DNA of 64,000 nucleotides from Lingula anatina (Eukaryota; Animalia; Brachiopoda): the NCBI GenBank assembly GCA_051362555.1, contig CM120645.1, positions 24,270,934-24,334,933 of the forward strand, read 5' to 3'. The position numbers were made by a program, and so were the translations under genes. The notes beneath the pieces are model-generated. The model saw only the letters and a list, made by a program, of their open reading frames with translations, searched no databases and had not been told where the DNA came from. Of this stretch, positions 26,601 to 40,871 are shown piece after piece (position 1 is the stretch's first letter; each line of letters begins with the position of its first letter).

Positions 26601-29416
26601 TGGTAGGTCGGGTATCAAGCATTGTTTAGCTGGTCATCGTGGGAGTAACTTGATAAAAAAAAACATGTACAAATATTGTCTGTAACAAGTACGTCTTTTC
26701 AAGTCTACTAAACTATATTACATAATTTATAAAAATGTCAGAAATATTAATAATCTTGGTATAAACAGATTTTGGTTAAAAAAAAAAATACGGATATCCT
26801 GTATTCTGCTAGTATTCTCAAAGTATGCCTGTATTCCGTTACCATGTGCACGGCGATGGAGCTTCCTATGAAACACTTTTTTGCTCACAATTAAAACTAT
26901 ATATCGTATCATTTGTTTTTTATTCCTTAATTTGAAACACTGCTACACAATACATACTACAAAGTCGTCTCCTGTATTTTCGAAAAAGATTTTTTATTAA
27001 TTCACTTATCACTGCCAAGTAATGGAGTCACGTCATTTGACGTCATTAAACGTCAACAGACTGTGTTAGTTTACTCCGCCCTGCGTGGTACAGCGGAAGA
27101 ATAGTGTCAATCCCAATTTCAGAATATTCAACTAACAACAACTTTTGCATGAATGTCAAAATTCTGAAAATATTTAAGATTTCCCAAATGTATAAATGCA
27201 AGCAGTCAGTATTTGACCCTCCCAGCGTGCCTTCTAAACAACCCTCTCACCGTGCCGGGGAGAGGCGTCATTCGTAAGAACAAAATCAGCAAGTTTACAA
27301 AATAACCATTTCCTCTTGAGTATGAATAATAACCCCTATAAAATATCACATCGGAAATTAGGAATCAATAACACGTCGTCTTAATACAGCGTCACTTCAA
27401 CCTGCAATCCTATGATTAGCGTTATAACGTGGGTCTCACTCTACATCCGGCGTTCAATTATTAAGTACCCTATTGAAATATCAACGAGCTGGTTGCAGCA
27501 CGCGATAACGCAAATGATAGGTAGAATTAAAGCAGTAAATAAAGCAGTTGTCAAGACGTTTAATTTAGTGACGGAGGAGGTCTAATTACATTGTTGAGTA
27601 TTCTAGGTAATTTTGTCGCATTGATTTAGAGTTGCGTGCTTGTGATGTTGTTTATCTTCAAGGTGCCCGTGACTGGCATATCGGGATTCTGGGACTAAAA
27701 CCTAAAATGTAGCATATTGTGACATCTTTGATGAAATCCAGATGTAGATCATAATTGGAATCATGTTGAAATGCTTTTTTAATTATTCCCAAAATTATTT
27801 TCATCAATGCTAACAGTTTCTAATCTGTCTCGATAAAGCAGCGTCTACATCATTAGAAGAAAACGCACTCCCTGCCTTGTGTATTCTTCAGTAATAAAGA
27901 TTTTTCTCAGAAATTATTCATATCACAGCTGAATGGTAATTATAAACATTTTATTATTTTCAGGTTAAAGGAAACCCACGCTGACATTACGGCATCAACC
28001 AATCCAATTCAAAATACTTTCTAAACAACTGAGGAAGATTCTGAACACTTGCGTGCGCTTGTGGCAAGATAATAACCTGTATTCAGAAACAAAAATCATC
28101 AGAAAATCTTCGTAAATGAAATGATCGAATGTCAAAGATGGTGGCCAATACCTATGGTAGAATTCATACCTAACCTGTCCAAACCAAACTCATAGGCCAG
28201 ACTTATAGATTCCAGGTAAGTGACCCACCCATCGCGGCGATAAATGGAAGAAAAAAAATTCCGAAAATCGTTTTACTAATTGATTCGAAAATCTCGGTAA
28301 ATTCACCACCCAGTCTGGACACGTAGTGGTATTTTCATTGCTGCTTGGCTGCTCATGTGTTGTCGAAGCGTTTAAGGCATCGCAAGGCTTGTCAATAAGT
28401 TATTTACGTTCTTTAAAAGGAAACTAGACGAACATGTAACATACGCATTTCTAACCAAATAAGATCAATCTACAGTCTAGAGAATGTACGGTAGAAAAGT
28501 AACGAAGCCCACTGAAATACTTCTCTAAACCAACCTATATTATTTTGCTTTTGGTGATTCAAATTTACAGTTGTCCAATGACTTTTCAAATATGTTATTT
28601 ACAGATAACTTCATTTTTTCTCTTCCTTATGGGTTCAGGGACCTTATTAGAAGCACTGCATGGAAGGCGATTTCCTTTTCGCGTTTTTGAACGCGGTTTT
28701 TGGCTAAATTCCTATGTTGCAGTTTATGGCGGATAATACCAAACTCATCCATTTCTACAGAGCTAAACGATGACAAAATTACTTGATAGATTTATGAAAT
28801 ATGTGCCATTATCATTTTGAAAAATTAGAAGAATAGACAAAGGAATTCCAAAACTGTTTTAGACCCCTATCTAACTGACAGTAAGTGGGCGCGCTGGTAG
28901 ATACCGAAATTACGAGAATTTTTCATCTAAGTAATTAACGAAATCTTTTGGTATAACTTCTGTTGTTCTCTATACCCAATATGAAGAGTTTAACAACTCC
29001 CTGGGTGTAAATATACGTAAACAGAGCTACACGGACTGCGCGAAACAATTACTTTATGACAAGATTAAAAACTTTTAATCGCAAAAATTCCGAAGTGCAA
29101 GGCATCAAGAAAAGAACATCAACTGTAAATAATACCGGGAGAACATAAGTGTATTTCAAACCCAGTAAGCTAGCATTCAGTGAATAGAATCTTTTTTTTT
29201 TTCAATTTGTGAGTATGTTTTTCTTTGTTGTCATTCAAAATTTCGATAGCAGTATGAACAATCCGGTGTTTTTGGTTACATAATTTAGGCTGCTATGTAA
29301 CAACTACGTGTCGTATAATTGATGATGTTAAAACACAGAAAATAGAAGTGTAACATAAACAACACTTTGACTCTACTGGTATCCGATGTTCACCTTTACA
29401 TGTAGACTAAAAATAT

Positions 29417-29690
29417 TTTCACTTTTAATCTATTTAGAAAAAATATTAAGAAGCGTTTAAGAGAATAAAACTTTCACCACACAGCGAAAGCCAAAAACAT
29501 CTGAGGAAAATATTTCCGTTTAAATTCCACATTTCGATAATCAACGCAACATTTAAAGCAATAAACTTTTTCACTTAAAATCTATTTAAAATGTTCAGAA
29601 GCGATAAAGCGAATTCAACTTTCACCACACAGAAAAAGCCAAAAATAAAAACATCTGAGGAAAATATTTCAGTTTAGGGTCCACCTTTCG
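29417..29690. repeat. Degenerate ~150 bp tandem duplication
   Basis: Two copies of TTTCACTT..TCTATTTA..CTTTCACCACACAG..AAAGCCAAAAA..ACATCTGAGGAAAATATTTC..TCCAC.TTTCG, about 150 bp apart. Confidence 0.8.
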
Positions 29691-32600
29691 CGCTTCATGT
29701 ATAAATTCCAAATTCAGAAATGGCAATACACGCAGATGAGTGACATATAGCGCAAGCTGCTAATTTTTGGTTAATTCATCCTAATTAATATCTCTTGCTA
29801 CAACAAACCCTAAAACATTTTATTTGATATGAAGTCCGAGCGTTTCTTCTGTGTTTGGCCACCTTGTTTTGACAAAGAAACACGATCTTTTAAGAAAATT
29901 GTGCGAATCATCTTAAGAAAAAATACGCCTCTTTCCTTTGCTTTAAATGTAAGAATATAAAGCAATTTAAAATTCTAGTTTTCATGTAAACCCTAACAAA
30001 AATGCACTCTGTTTTTTGTATACTCGAATTATGTACCTGCTTCTTTGTAAGTCTGTAAATTGGGTAAAAGTTTTTTATGGCTTCTTGAATATCACAAAAA
30101 CACATTATTCCTTTTGCAGATCGTAGAGTGCCAAGTTTGTACAAACTGTTTAAGAGAAAATGTAATCACATATATCGATAGAAAAAGAATTAAAATTCTT
30201 TTCCCATTCCGGCGAATATGTCACAAACAATTACCCAGTATTAGAAAACAATTCTTAACAATCAAGACAAAGTTTATCGAAAGTCCAGATCTGCTCTAGT
30301 CCCAATCATTTTAATTCGTTGAGAGTTTTTGACAATATCTCAATCGCATAGGCAATTTTCCAGTAACAAATCGTGAAATTATTTCATTTTCTCCTGATTA
30401 TCTTCAACTTTTTCTTTCTCTGGTGTATCAGACCATCAGAAGGGCTCATCGCGCGCGCAGCACGCTGCAAGCAGACGATAGCCTTTTCGCGCGAAGTCGA
30501 TCAGTTGATGAAACGCATATCTTACCTTGTGTCTTCTTATCAAGCGGCTGCAGGTTGTGGTTTAGATCTTGCAGTAAATATCTCGCTGATACGGCAGGGA
30601 CGTTTTATATGAACCCAGCACATACCGCGAAGTTATCACAATTCCAGTCGGTTGATTGATTGGAAAAACGCTCTATCATCCCGATACATCTTGTACCCAA
30701 GCGGCAGTTTGACTTCTGCTAAATCACCTCAGAGATTCACAGACTCGTTGCGCAGGCGCAGTTCCTTTGAAAATTCGGTCGTCTGCATTATCTCTGCCGC
30801 CTGCTTGGCAGAGATTAAGGAAAGTAATACAACGGCCAACTCAATCAAGTTTTATCAGATGACAACAGGCAACCTCATATCCCTTAAACAATGAGAAGCC
30901 TTTTATTTTTGCGCCGACGATGTTGATCAATATGCAAATGTTTTCGCTCGTTCATTTTGTAGGATTGTAGCTAAGGCATGGCGGGTATTGGAAAACGTTT
31001 AATTTCCCCCATCCCGCGATGGGTCTGACATTTTAATTGCTTTTTGATCGTCGTTTTGGTAATTAAGGGAAATCTCCCTTAAATACTCGAACAGTTGCAA
31101 GCAGAAAAAGATCATACATTCCTAGGAAAGGACTGTGCAGTATGTCGGATTTATTTCAAAGAAAGGGACGCCAGCCGACCTCGTATATGCAATAACTGTA
31201 AAAACACGCCGAGCCGAACGATTTTGGAATTTTTGAGAACACGGAACTTCATTCGGGTGAAGCCAAAATTAATTGAGAGCCAGAGATAGAAACTTTCTTA
31301 AATTACTATGATTGGAATTTGGAGTGTCATGGTCTGTTTGGGAGAGCGTTAAAAGGAAAGGTATATCGCTCACTGTACACGTGGACTTTTACCAACTTCT
31401 TTTATCTGTGTAGTGGGATACATTGGAAATAACGGGGAAAATAATGCTGTACTGTGTATCTTATTTATTTTGGCGTCAAACTGAAAAGAACTTGAAAACT
31501 TACCAAAAAAATAGGAGAGCCGCTAAAAAAGAAAACATTTCAGGGTATGACAGATTGATCAGACGTATTGTATTTTGAAATATTTTTGAATTCTTATTAG
31601 ATCACAAGGTGGCTAGCTTTCCCATAGGTTGTGTAGACAGTGAACTTTTTACCAACGGATTGTAGTGAAATGATGAATCCGCCTAAAAGGACTTTAGACA
31701 TCCGTATAGCATTCAGTTTAAAACTCAAACACAGCCTTTCGTGCGGTAAAAGAGGGTTTGTTCATCGTTTCATTTTGCTTCATGACATCTTCATCTACGT
31801 AGTTTTAACATCTTTACGTTGTAATGCCTGTATTGACTTGTAATTTTAAACAATGAGAGTTAATTATAAACATGGATGCATTTATTCCTATTTTTTATAA
31901 CGGTATATGGCCATTTTTTTTTTTTTGTAAAACATAAAATATTAAGTCATAGTAGGAGCCCCATATGAGACGTTTTTTTTGGAGTCGGTTTGTTGAATAG
32001 ATCGATGAAAATACCAATTAACTTAATCCCAGAGTCATCAACGTATTTTTATTATTATTTCTTGTCTGCATTTTGTTTCCCACAGGATCAAAACATATAG
32101 GCACTTCCATGGCAGAATATTTCCATAGGCTCAGTGGATTATGAATAAAATTATAATGTTTTTAGAATCGGTGTGAAAGGGAGAAAATATGACAGAGCAA
32201 TTGTACCGGGTTAAGTCTGTTAAAGGGAAAACAACTCTTCATATGAAATTCAAAACTGCACAATAAATGCATTGTAAAAACACATAAAAATATGATAAAT
32301 TCCATTTTATCATCAAAACGGCTGTTATCGCAATGATTCTGAAATCTGTGCTTGCCATCGGGCAACGTGGACCTTCATGGCTGGCTTCATGGATGGCTAT
32401 AATCTTAAGAGATTATAACAAACGGCACTATAAAAACTGACCAATTTTGAATGTTGGAACTATTGGTAAGTATGGGAACATCGTCGTTTACCGCAGGAGA
32501 ATCCGTTATATGACACTTTTCACGCCAAAATGAAGAGTTGTTATTCCTTTAACTTCATTCATTGCTATCAAATCAGGCGTTGATAGTAACTGTTTTTATA

Positions 32601-35600
32601 CCATGCGTTATTTCAAACCCCGAAATTATTATATGTTTTCTTTTTTTCTAAGATTAATGCGTAGTCAGGGGTAGACTTACTTGTACAGACGCAGGAATAG
32701 ACGCCATTATGTGATTTAAGCTAATACAGTTCTGATAGACAAGCGTGATAGCCGTAACTTATTTTACGACCGTATTCAGTGTGTTTCTCAGAAATGCGAA
32801 CGAACTAGGGGATATTATAAACTATACAAAGAAGCTGATTGTTAGATTTCATGAAATACTCTACAGACGACTTGAGTCTTGAACAAAAATATATTTAGAC
32901 CATAACATTGAACTTACTGAATTTCATGGTTTAGGCTGAAGTTGGTTTCTATGGTCAGTTTACCACGATACTACGTCATAATACCGTCACTGTAGCAGTC
33001 TCCGTCTGTTACGTCACAAAGCCGGTGTGTTTGTGCGATATGTCGTTCTCACCTGCTGGTACAGTTTAAGAGAAGAGAAGATTAATTTCATTTTCACTGC
33101 ATTATAAGATTACTGATATATATACTTGATTTCTGTTCACTTCCAACCTTGAATATATTTCTTCTCATAGTAGGTAGGCTTAAAAACCGCGTGTCTGGGT
33201 TGTAATGGAGCGTCACTTTGATTATTGCGTCACAGAAGAATTGACATGTCATTGTTGACACCGTCTTCGTTACCTGGTTACCGTGAATCATATAACAACG
33301 GCAATGATTGTACATGTTTTATTTTGTGAGTGACGAGATGTGACAGATGAATCTTTATGTAAGACAGGTACGAAAATCCGTGTGAGCTGATGCTAAGATT
33401 AATTTATTTTAAAAAAAATACGCCAGTTAATGTCTATTATGTTCTTTGTAATGCAATTGTAAGGTAAGCGATGATAGTTAATATAACAGCAAGAATTGTA
33501 TTTTTTGTCATATCATCATCTTTGCGTGTTTTACCTTAAAAGAGACGGGAAGCTAAAACTTTCTTTTAATATGACAATGTAAGTACATAATTCAGCTATG
33601 AAAACGATGAACATTTTAGATTTTATATCAGACAGATTGAAGTTTCTCCGAGGTCAGGGATGGCTATCTAACCGACAGTCCTACCTGAGAGATGGTCTAC
33701 ATATATAATTTCAAGCGTAATATATAAGTGTAAAAAAGAAGTGAGCTGCTAATAATGTATGGGTTAGCGACGCAAATACATTTAAACAGATATGAATGTT
33801 TTTCTAGATTCTTTTTTTTTCATGGAAAATGCAGTTGCTTTGTCACTGTAATTATTTTTCACTCGCTTGAATACACTGTGGAATACAGACGATGTAGTCA
33901 TAAATCAATAGATATTTTTATCTGGTTGTTTTTACTTGGTGAGTAATTTTTAATGTATAGGGATGGAGGTCGATGTTGATTTTTCATTTTTCATTTCAAT
34001 TTATAATATAACAATATGAACCTGTGTTTGACCACATTTTTGTGTGTTCTTAGTATTCCTGACTTCAAATGAAATACTTTGTTTTACTTGCTAAATCTCT
34101 TTTGATGATTATTTATACGCTCTATGCTAAGTATCAGAGCTACATAAATGTATAGACACATACCTGTAAATGTTGTACTATACTGTTTATGATTCTGAGT
34201 TTAACATATAACGCAATTTTTTAAAATAAATAAATAATAAATACTCTATTATGTATTATTAATAAATATTTATTTTCTGTTCTTGTTTTATCGATTAAAG
34301 CAGAATCTATGGTAAATTTTTTTTCCGTCTGAAACTAAATGGCGTGGAATAATCTCATCGAGCTGAAATCAGGCGTTTTGTTTTAAAGCTCAAGTCGGGT
34401 GTCTGGTCTTTTGCAGAGGGTTCTTGGTTTTCACTTATCCTCAGCAACAGTCACTGTTGGTAATACGAGTAGAATCTATCGTAACTGTATAGACGTATAT
34501 ACTTCAATTTGTTTTCAGACGCTTTCTGGCTAACTTACAGACACATTGTGTTAGTTGAGACATGATTGCGCTGGGAATACCAGGAGGGATGCAATGACTG
34601 GAGTCACACTGGTATATGGGCATGAAATATAAACTTGATTTTTTTTTTTTTTTTTTGCCTTAAAAATCTATAAGTGAATACAAAATGAATATGGTAGTTG
34701 GATTCGGGGTGTGGGGTGCCTGTTGATTTTTTCTTCCTCCCATAAAAACAATATAACAAGTGAGACAAACCAAGCGATCTCACCGTCCTTTTACCCAAAT
34801 TATTACACCCCCCCCCTTTACGAACCCCTGATTCCGCCCGTGAAAACCACTTACTGTACTTAAGTTATGGTATTATAAATCTGGGAGCTGGTTATGGACC
34901 CCTCACGTTAATATTGCTTGCAATGACACAAGCGCGCACACATACGCACAAACAAGTAATTAAAAAAAACACGTAAACGCGCACAACTTTGTGGTATTTT
35001 TAGTGCATTCTTAAGATGCGACAATAAAGGAAACCTGTTGGCTGCTGTGCTCAGTGTACGCCTACTTTCACTGAAGCTCTGTACCTGCCCAACACGTGAA
35101 AGCGGGTCTATTTCACCTTGGGCGCCGTCACGAGGTGAACCAAACGGTGTAGTAGAAAAGGAAGACACTGTCGTCATAAATCTTAGCGTTCGGCGTCTGC
35201 TTGACGGTCACTGTGGACCACTGGGGTAGACAGGTGAACAGGATATTGAACTGTGGCGGCAAGATATTCCCGTACTTTGGTCTCTCAAATACCGCCCGGT
35301 AAAGTAGTACCTTACTTAAAATGACTCCCGTAGCTTAGATAATAAACCTGCGTTGAGTTGAAAATCAAAATTTTATATATAAAATTGTCATTCAAGAGTA
35401 AAATATTTTTCTGTGCATTTCAGTATAATTGCAACCGTCAACATAAAATGTCCCCGACCACACTTTTGGCTAAAACTCCCTGACCCTGTCGTTGTCCCAG
35501 CTTGCTCCCTCCGTAATATTAATCTATACTAGAGGCCAACTGAGGGGGGAAATTAATATAAAAATTCTCGTTGGAAAGTAAAATGTAGGAATAATTGCAA

Positions 35601-37883
35601 AAGACATCTGTGAATATCTACTGAATAATCAACTCATGGCCCTGGTACATGTAGAGGGTGCGGTAATGTTATCCCAGCGACAAGGTTAGCCTTCTCTGCA
35701 GATTGTGCGTTGAATAGAGAGAAAGCGCACGCTCTGTGGCTTGATCCAGACTTAGTATATCGTAATCAAGCCTCGTTCAAACAATTGCTGGATGCGAAAA
35801 AATTCAAGGATACAATAAACTAGAAAAATTTAATTTAATGTCACTTAACAGTGATACTATATCAACTATAAATGTGCAGTACCTGGAGCACAGTGAAACG
35901 GGTCAGATAAATATAGTTTTGTGTAATTTTACTTTTGTAAGTTGAGGAAGGCCCGGAAACGGGAACATAACCATTATGACATCAAGATGTAATGGGAAAT
36001 GGAGGACTGTTCTCTGCACTGTTAAACTATAAATAATGATTAAAAAATAAAATGATAGTAAAACGGTCATTCAGAATGTGACTTCAGAAATCTTTAGTTT
36101 TGTTTTTACTCTTTCTCGCAGTAAAAGCAACACAAGGTTAATCATAGAAGAGTTGGTCCATGTCCCAGCGATCTTCTCGAGCTTTCCCCTGTCCCCAATA
36201 GAGGGCGACACTTTTATGACATGCGGGATGTCGTGATTCCTTTCTATGTTCATTTGCCGTTAGAGTTGAATATGCATATGCCACTTTCATATATCATTTG
36301 GAATAAATCAATATGATCCCTTGGAGCAATATATAAATATGCATGTTTTAGAGAGTATAATTTTTGGAACAATCGGCTTCTACGTAAAACATATATTGTA
36401 TCAATTAAGCAAAATATATGTATGGACGAGAGAGATTATACCGTATACATGGTATACATATGCATATCTGCAAGGTGGTAACTCTGTAGTGATATACAAG
36501 AGGTGGGGTCGGATAGCTAGGATTTGTATGCATATTGTGTTGTTCTGCAGTTAACTCCCTTCTTCTCTAAGTTTTCCACTTCAACAGCTGCCTCTAGATA
36601 ATCATCTGCGGGTGTAATTCTTATTTTGAGTAAAGAATGACGTACACATTGTTGGGAGGTGGGTGATGTGACGTCACAGACACTGAGGAAGGGGAATAGA
36701 TAAGGAAATAAAGTCCAACAGCCTAGCTGCCTGTAGGTGTCGTGGTGGTTTAGATATCTTGGTACGTTATAGTACGTTATAGTTACTACTTGGATACAGA
36801 GTTAGATTTAATAATGTAACAATAAGAACAATATATATTATAATAATAAACTTCTCTGCACATATCAGACGCTTGTTACCATGAACTAACACTACTTGAC
36901 AATGGGCTGAGCACTTATCACAGAGTCTGTGTGCGATGCCATTCTAGTGCTGTGATTGGTTAGTTGAGTCAGGTGAAGCCCTACTGTTGCGCCCTCGCGT
37001 ATCGCGTAAAGGCTGCACATTTCTGGCCATGAGTCTTGCAAGAATATGCATATCTGATAAGTAGAAACTACTGCGTTGCAATTAGTATCTAAATCAGTTG
37101 CTGCCACTGTGGCATGCAGATAGATTCCCTGTAGATAATGTGTATAAATGCTGAATGCTTGGACCTACTAAAGGGACTTTTAAGTTGGAACTGAAGATGT
37201 GAGTTTGTGGTTATATTCCCTCTCCCATGCATCAGTGACAAGTGAAATAGTAGAAGAACCTGGGTAGGGTGGAACATGGACCCCTACAACATGGACTGAT
37301 GTAGTTTGGATAGCACTGTAGTGTGGTGAGGAGTGGAAGCCACACAGACATAGCGTAACTGTTTTGTCATCAAAGCTATCGCTGGTTAAAGTTTGTGCTC
37401 TCACCTTTAACTTTTACCTGATGCCTATAATTATTTGTATAACAGTCACAGCGGTATGAACAATCTAGGTCTACAATAAAACATATTGCTGTAGTCAGTT
37501 TGATTAGCACGTACTAGTCCAAGGACAATATATATACACCAGTATGCCACAAGGCAAATTATGACGCCTTGAAGGGGTTCACTGTAGAGAATCATCGCAG
37601 TATATGATTTATGTTCCCTGTTCTCTGTATTACTATAGCCTTGGGGACACTGCTCATCAGGGCTGATATATATATATATACGTACCATCTGCGACGTTAT
37701 ATATACGTACATAAGGAACCAGGAGTAACGTTTGTGGTATTGTGGTATGACAGTAAAGCTATAGGGGTTCTACATTATTGATCCATCCAACCAAGAATAA
37801 AAATGACACTGACGTGGAAGACGATCCATTTACCAGCCAAATTCCCGAGTTTTAGTTTACGAGGAATATTGAATAGTGACGAG

Positions 37884-39715
37884 ATGCCTGGACACATGAG
37901 TGCTGATATTACAGCGTCAACGGCTGCTGATTTGGAGGAGGAACTAGCGTTACAAATACCCGATGATGTGAGCGTTGAGATTGATGAGAAAACTTCCACG
38001 TCGCCCCCAGTTTCGGTCTCGGCTGTTACCATGGACAGAGAAGACCACCACGTGGCGCTGTCCGTGATCTACTGCTTCAGCTTTCTTGTCATGGAGGTGG
38101 GCAAACAATGTTCGTCCTACGCCATGAAGTACTACAATGATGACGTCTACCCTGTTCCACAAACATTCCTGGTCGCCGCAGTCGAGTTGACCAAACTGGT
38201 CGTCATGGTAACGGTGTTGATATTTCAAGGGAAACTTCTCCAAATCAGAATCTCGCTGTGGTATGCCTTACCGTCCATAGTGTACGGAATAACTAATAAT
38301 ATTCATTTCTATGCCCTCCACCTCACCTCTCCCCCCGTCTGGGCCATCCTCATGCAGATGAGGGTGGTCTTCATTGCCGTCACCTACAGGACCTTGTTCA
38401 AGAGACAGATTGAAAGAATCCAGTGGTTTGCACTCTGTGTTCTCATAACGGGGATCGCCATTACCAAGATAGGCGGAGGCCTGGAGAAAGGCAACTTTAT
38501 TCATCCTATGGCCTGGTTGTTGGCCGCTTTTACATCTTTCTTGTGCATGGTGGCTGCGGTTTTGACAGAGGTAAGGACCATTCTTTCTTTCTTTCTTCTC
38601 CTGACGGGTTAACGTGGAAGATATCTCTAGTTACATGACGTAGTAGGGTTCAGGTTGTGCTTGCATACTATATGAAGCAGTGGCAATTTTGATTTAACCA
38701 AAACTGAGTGAAAATGAACGACTTTTTACTTCTTCGTATTGAATCTAAACACGTGATGTGTCATGCCATAATGTGCTATTCCTTGATGTATTTATTGGAC
38801 CTGTTTTCTAGGAACAGCTGTAACAAAGTTTTCCCTGGCCACTTTAGGTCTAAGACTAGAAGCTTGATTTTTTTCCCCGACTCATTTCTGAACTATTTGG
38901 ATTTGTTGAACTGAGTTCTTCTTTGTATATTTCAGTATTTATTCAAAAACGACAGGCGCAGTTTTGCGGACCAGCAGCTACAGCTTTATCTGTTTGGGAC
39001 AATTGTAACATTGATGCTTTGTTTGACGGAGTCAAATACAAAAGTCAAGGATTTATTGCAGTTCAAAGGAAGTATGTCAATACGTTACTTATTTAAGTTT
39101 TGAAAATACTTATGTATAACCAATATGTTGCTGGAGTAGTATAGCAGTCCTTTTTGGCCAATAATGCAATTGTTGGATTTGTTTTAGATATATCATTGTC
39201 TTGATGGACGGATTCTTGTTTGAATCAGACTCTTTGTTACGTTATTGTGACGTCATGCAGGTCTTCTTTTTTGTGACGTTGTGTGATACGTCACACGTGG
39301 TGCGTCATTTGTAATTGGTGGTGCTTCATATGAAATTTAACTTGCTTTGTATTGTCAAAAACGCTATCAGAACATTATCACGTTTGTTTTTAATAGTGAC
39401 ACGTTTTCTCTAAAACTTTCTCCTTATTCGTAAGTTTCAGACACAATGGTCCTGGTGTTTGTTATATCTTGTGTGACGTTATCAGTGACGTCAGGATTAG
39501 CGGTGGCTTTGATAATGAAGAAAATGGACAACATTGTCAAGATCTACTGTGGAGCGCTGGCCACCCTCCTGACCGCTGTAGTATCCTCGATTTTCTTCTC
39601 GGCGCGTTTTCAGCTGGACTGGACGTATGCTGCGGGGTTTGTGCTGGTTTTCACAGCCATCTTTCTTTACGAGAAGAAAAATGTAGACTGGAAAAAACCG
39701 ACTATAGCGAAGTAG
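37884..39715 (+). CDS. SLC35A-family nucleotide-sugar transporter (divergent; UDP-sugar/CMP-sialic acid transporter-like), 3 exons
   Basis: Exons 37884 (or 37803)-38570, 38936-39071 and 39441-39715 with GT-AG introns in compatible phases. Multi-TM protein with family motifs ELTKL, YALPSIVYGITNN, IQWFAL, EYLFK..QQLQLYLFG and GLAVALIMKKMDNIVK. Start codon uncertain. Confidence 0.88.
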
Positions 39716-40871
39716 GTTGCTTCCGCAGACAGCAAAGCTGGTTAACTGGCGGCATGGCAATTAAATGACTTTTATTATTGGCAAGGGCACGTTATTTCCT
39801 TTTGTTGAAATTTTACAACAGGGTTTAAGTTTCATTAGAAATATAAACATATTTATTTATCTATACAAGTTTTTTTTTACATTACTCCGACATTTCAGTT
39901 TATCAGGTCATTTTCTAGAATGGTTTCTATAAGGTTTTAAATAAATTATCTTAGACGCTGTGGAACAGTGCTGAGGTCTTGTGTTATCTTGTAGATGGGG
40001 ATTTATGGGACGCTCTCCCACCAACAACAAAAGTCTTAATTAATTCAAAATCTTTTTTTCTTTCATCGACCTTGTTTAGTTGATAGACTTTTATTATATC
40101 TTATAATTAAGACGAAAAAGTATCGACAACACGCCACAAAAATGACTCAGAACTACAATTCGATTTTTTTACTGTGTGAGACCGAGACATTGGTCCTCAC
40201 TATTTAACAAACCACTCACTTAATCTCATTCTCACAGAAATGTGTAATATGTGCAGCTTTTTTTATATCGCTTATATGTACTGATGTCACTACTTAACCT
40301 GCAGACCCTTTATCGTGATGCTATTCCATTTTTCGTTATTAAAAAAAAGACAAAATGACAACGAACCCAAGAGAAATCTGACATGGAAATAAAGAGAAAT
40401 GCAATGATAATGTGGATTTTTTTTTCTGTACGACGTTTCAATGGGAATCCCAGGAGAACTTCTGTTGGACACCTATGGAAACCCTGTACGATTATGGTCC
40501 TACTTTTTACAGGAATTTGTGTGGGATCCGTAAAGGAATTCTGTAAGAATGTTATAGCGTATTTTGGATAGGGAAGTCTTGAAAAGTGATTAAATTGAAT
40601 ATAAATACAAAGGATCATAAGCACTTTATATTGAACTATAGCAATCTCTGAGACAGTCGCCCTTCGTGCAATTCCCTGACGTCAGCCTCACAATATACAC
40701 CATACTAGGAAAGGTGTCAGGCGGATAAACTAGGAATAATTAAACTTGATAACATCACATTTTCAGTATATATGGAATGCATAATTTGCTGCTGGCTGGG
40801 CAAATTAATTCATTTTCAATGTCCGTGCTTGAGAAGAAATCAAGTCACCAAATAACAGTTGCAGGTGAAAT

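Noticed and set aside
34900-35300. GC-richer segment that could be the promoter or first exon of the SLC35A gene
   Set aside because: Plausible, but no decisive motif or splice link supports it.
36892-37404. Three overlapping minus-strand ORFs
   Set aside because: No recognisable domain, and the frames do not join through credible splice sites.
6200-37700. Numerous 60-118 aa ORFs in the upstream region
   Set aside because: Many start at non-ATG codons, composition is AT-driven, and there are no recognisable motifs or coherent splice chains.
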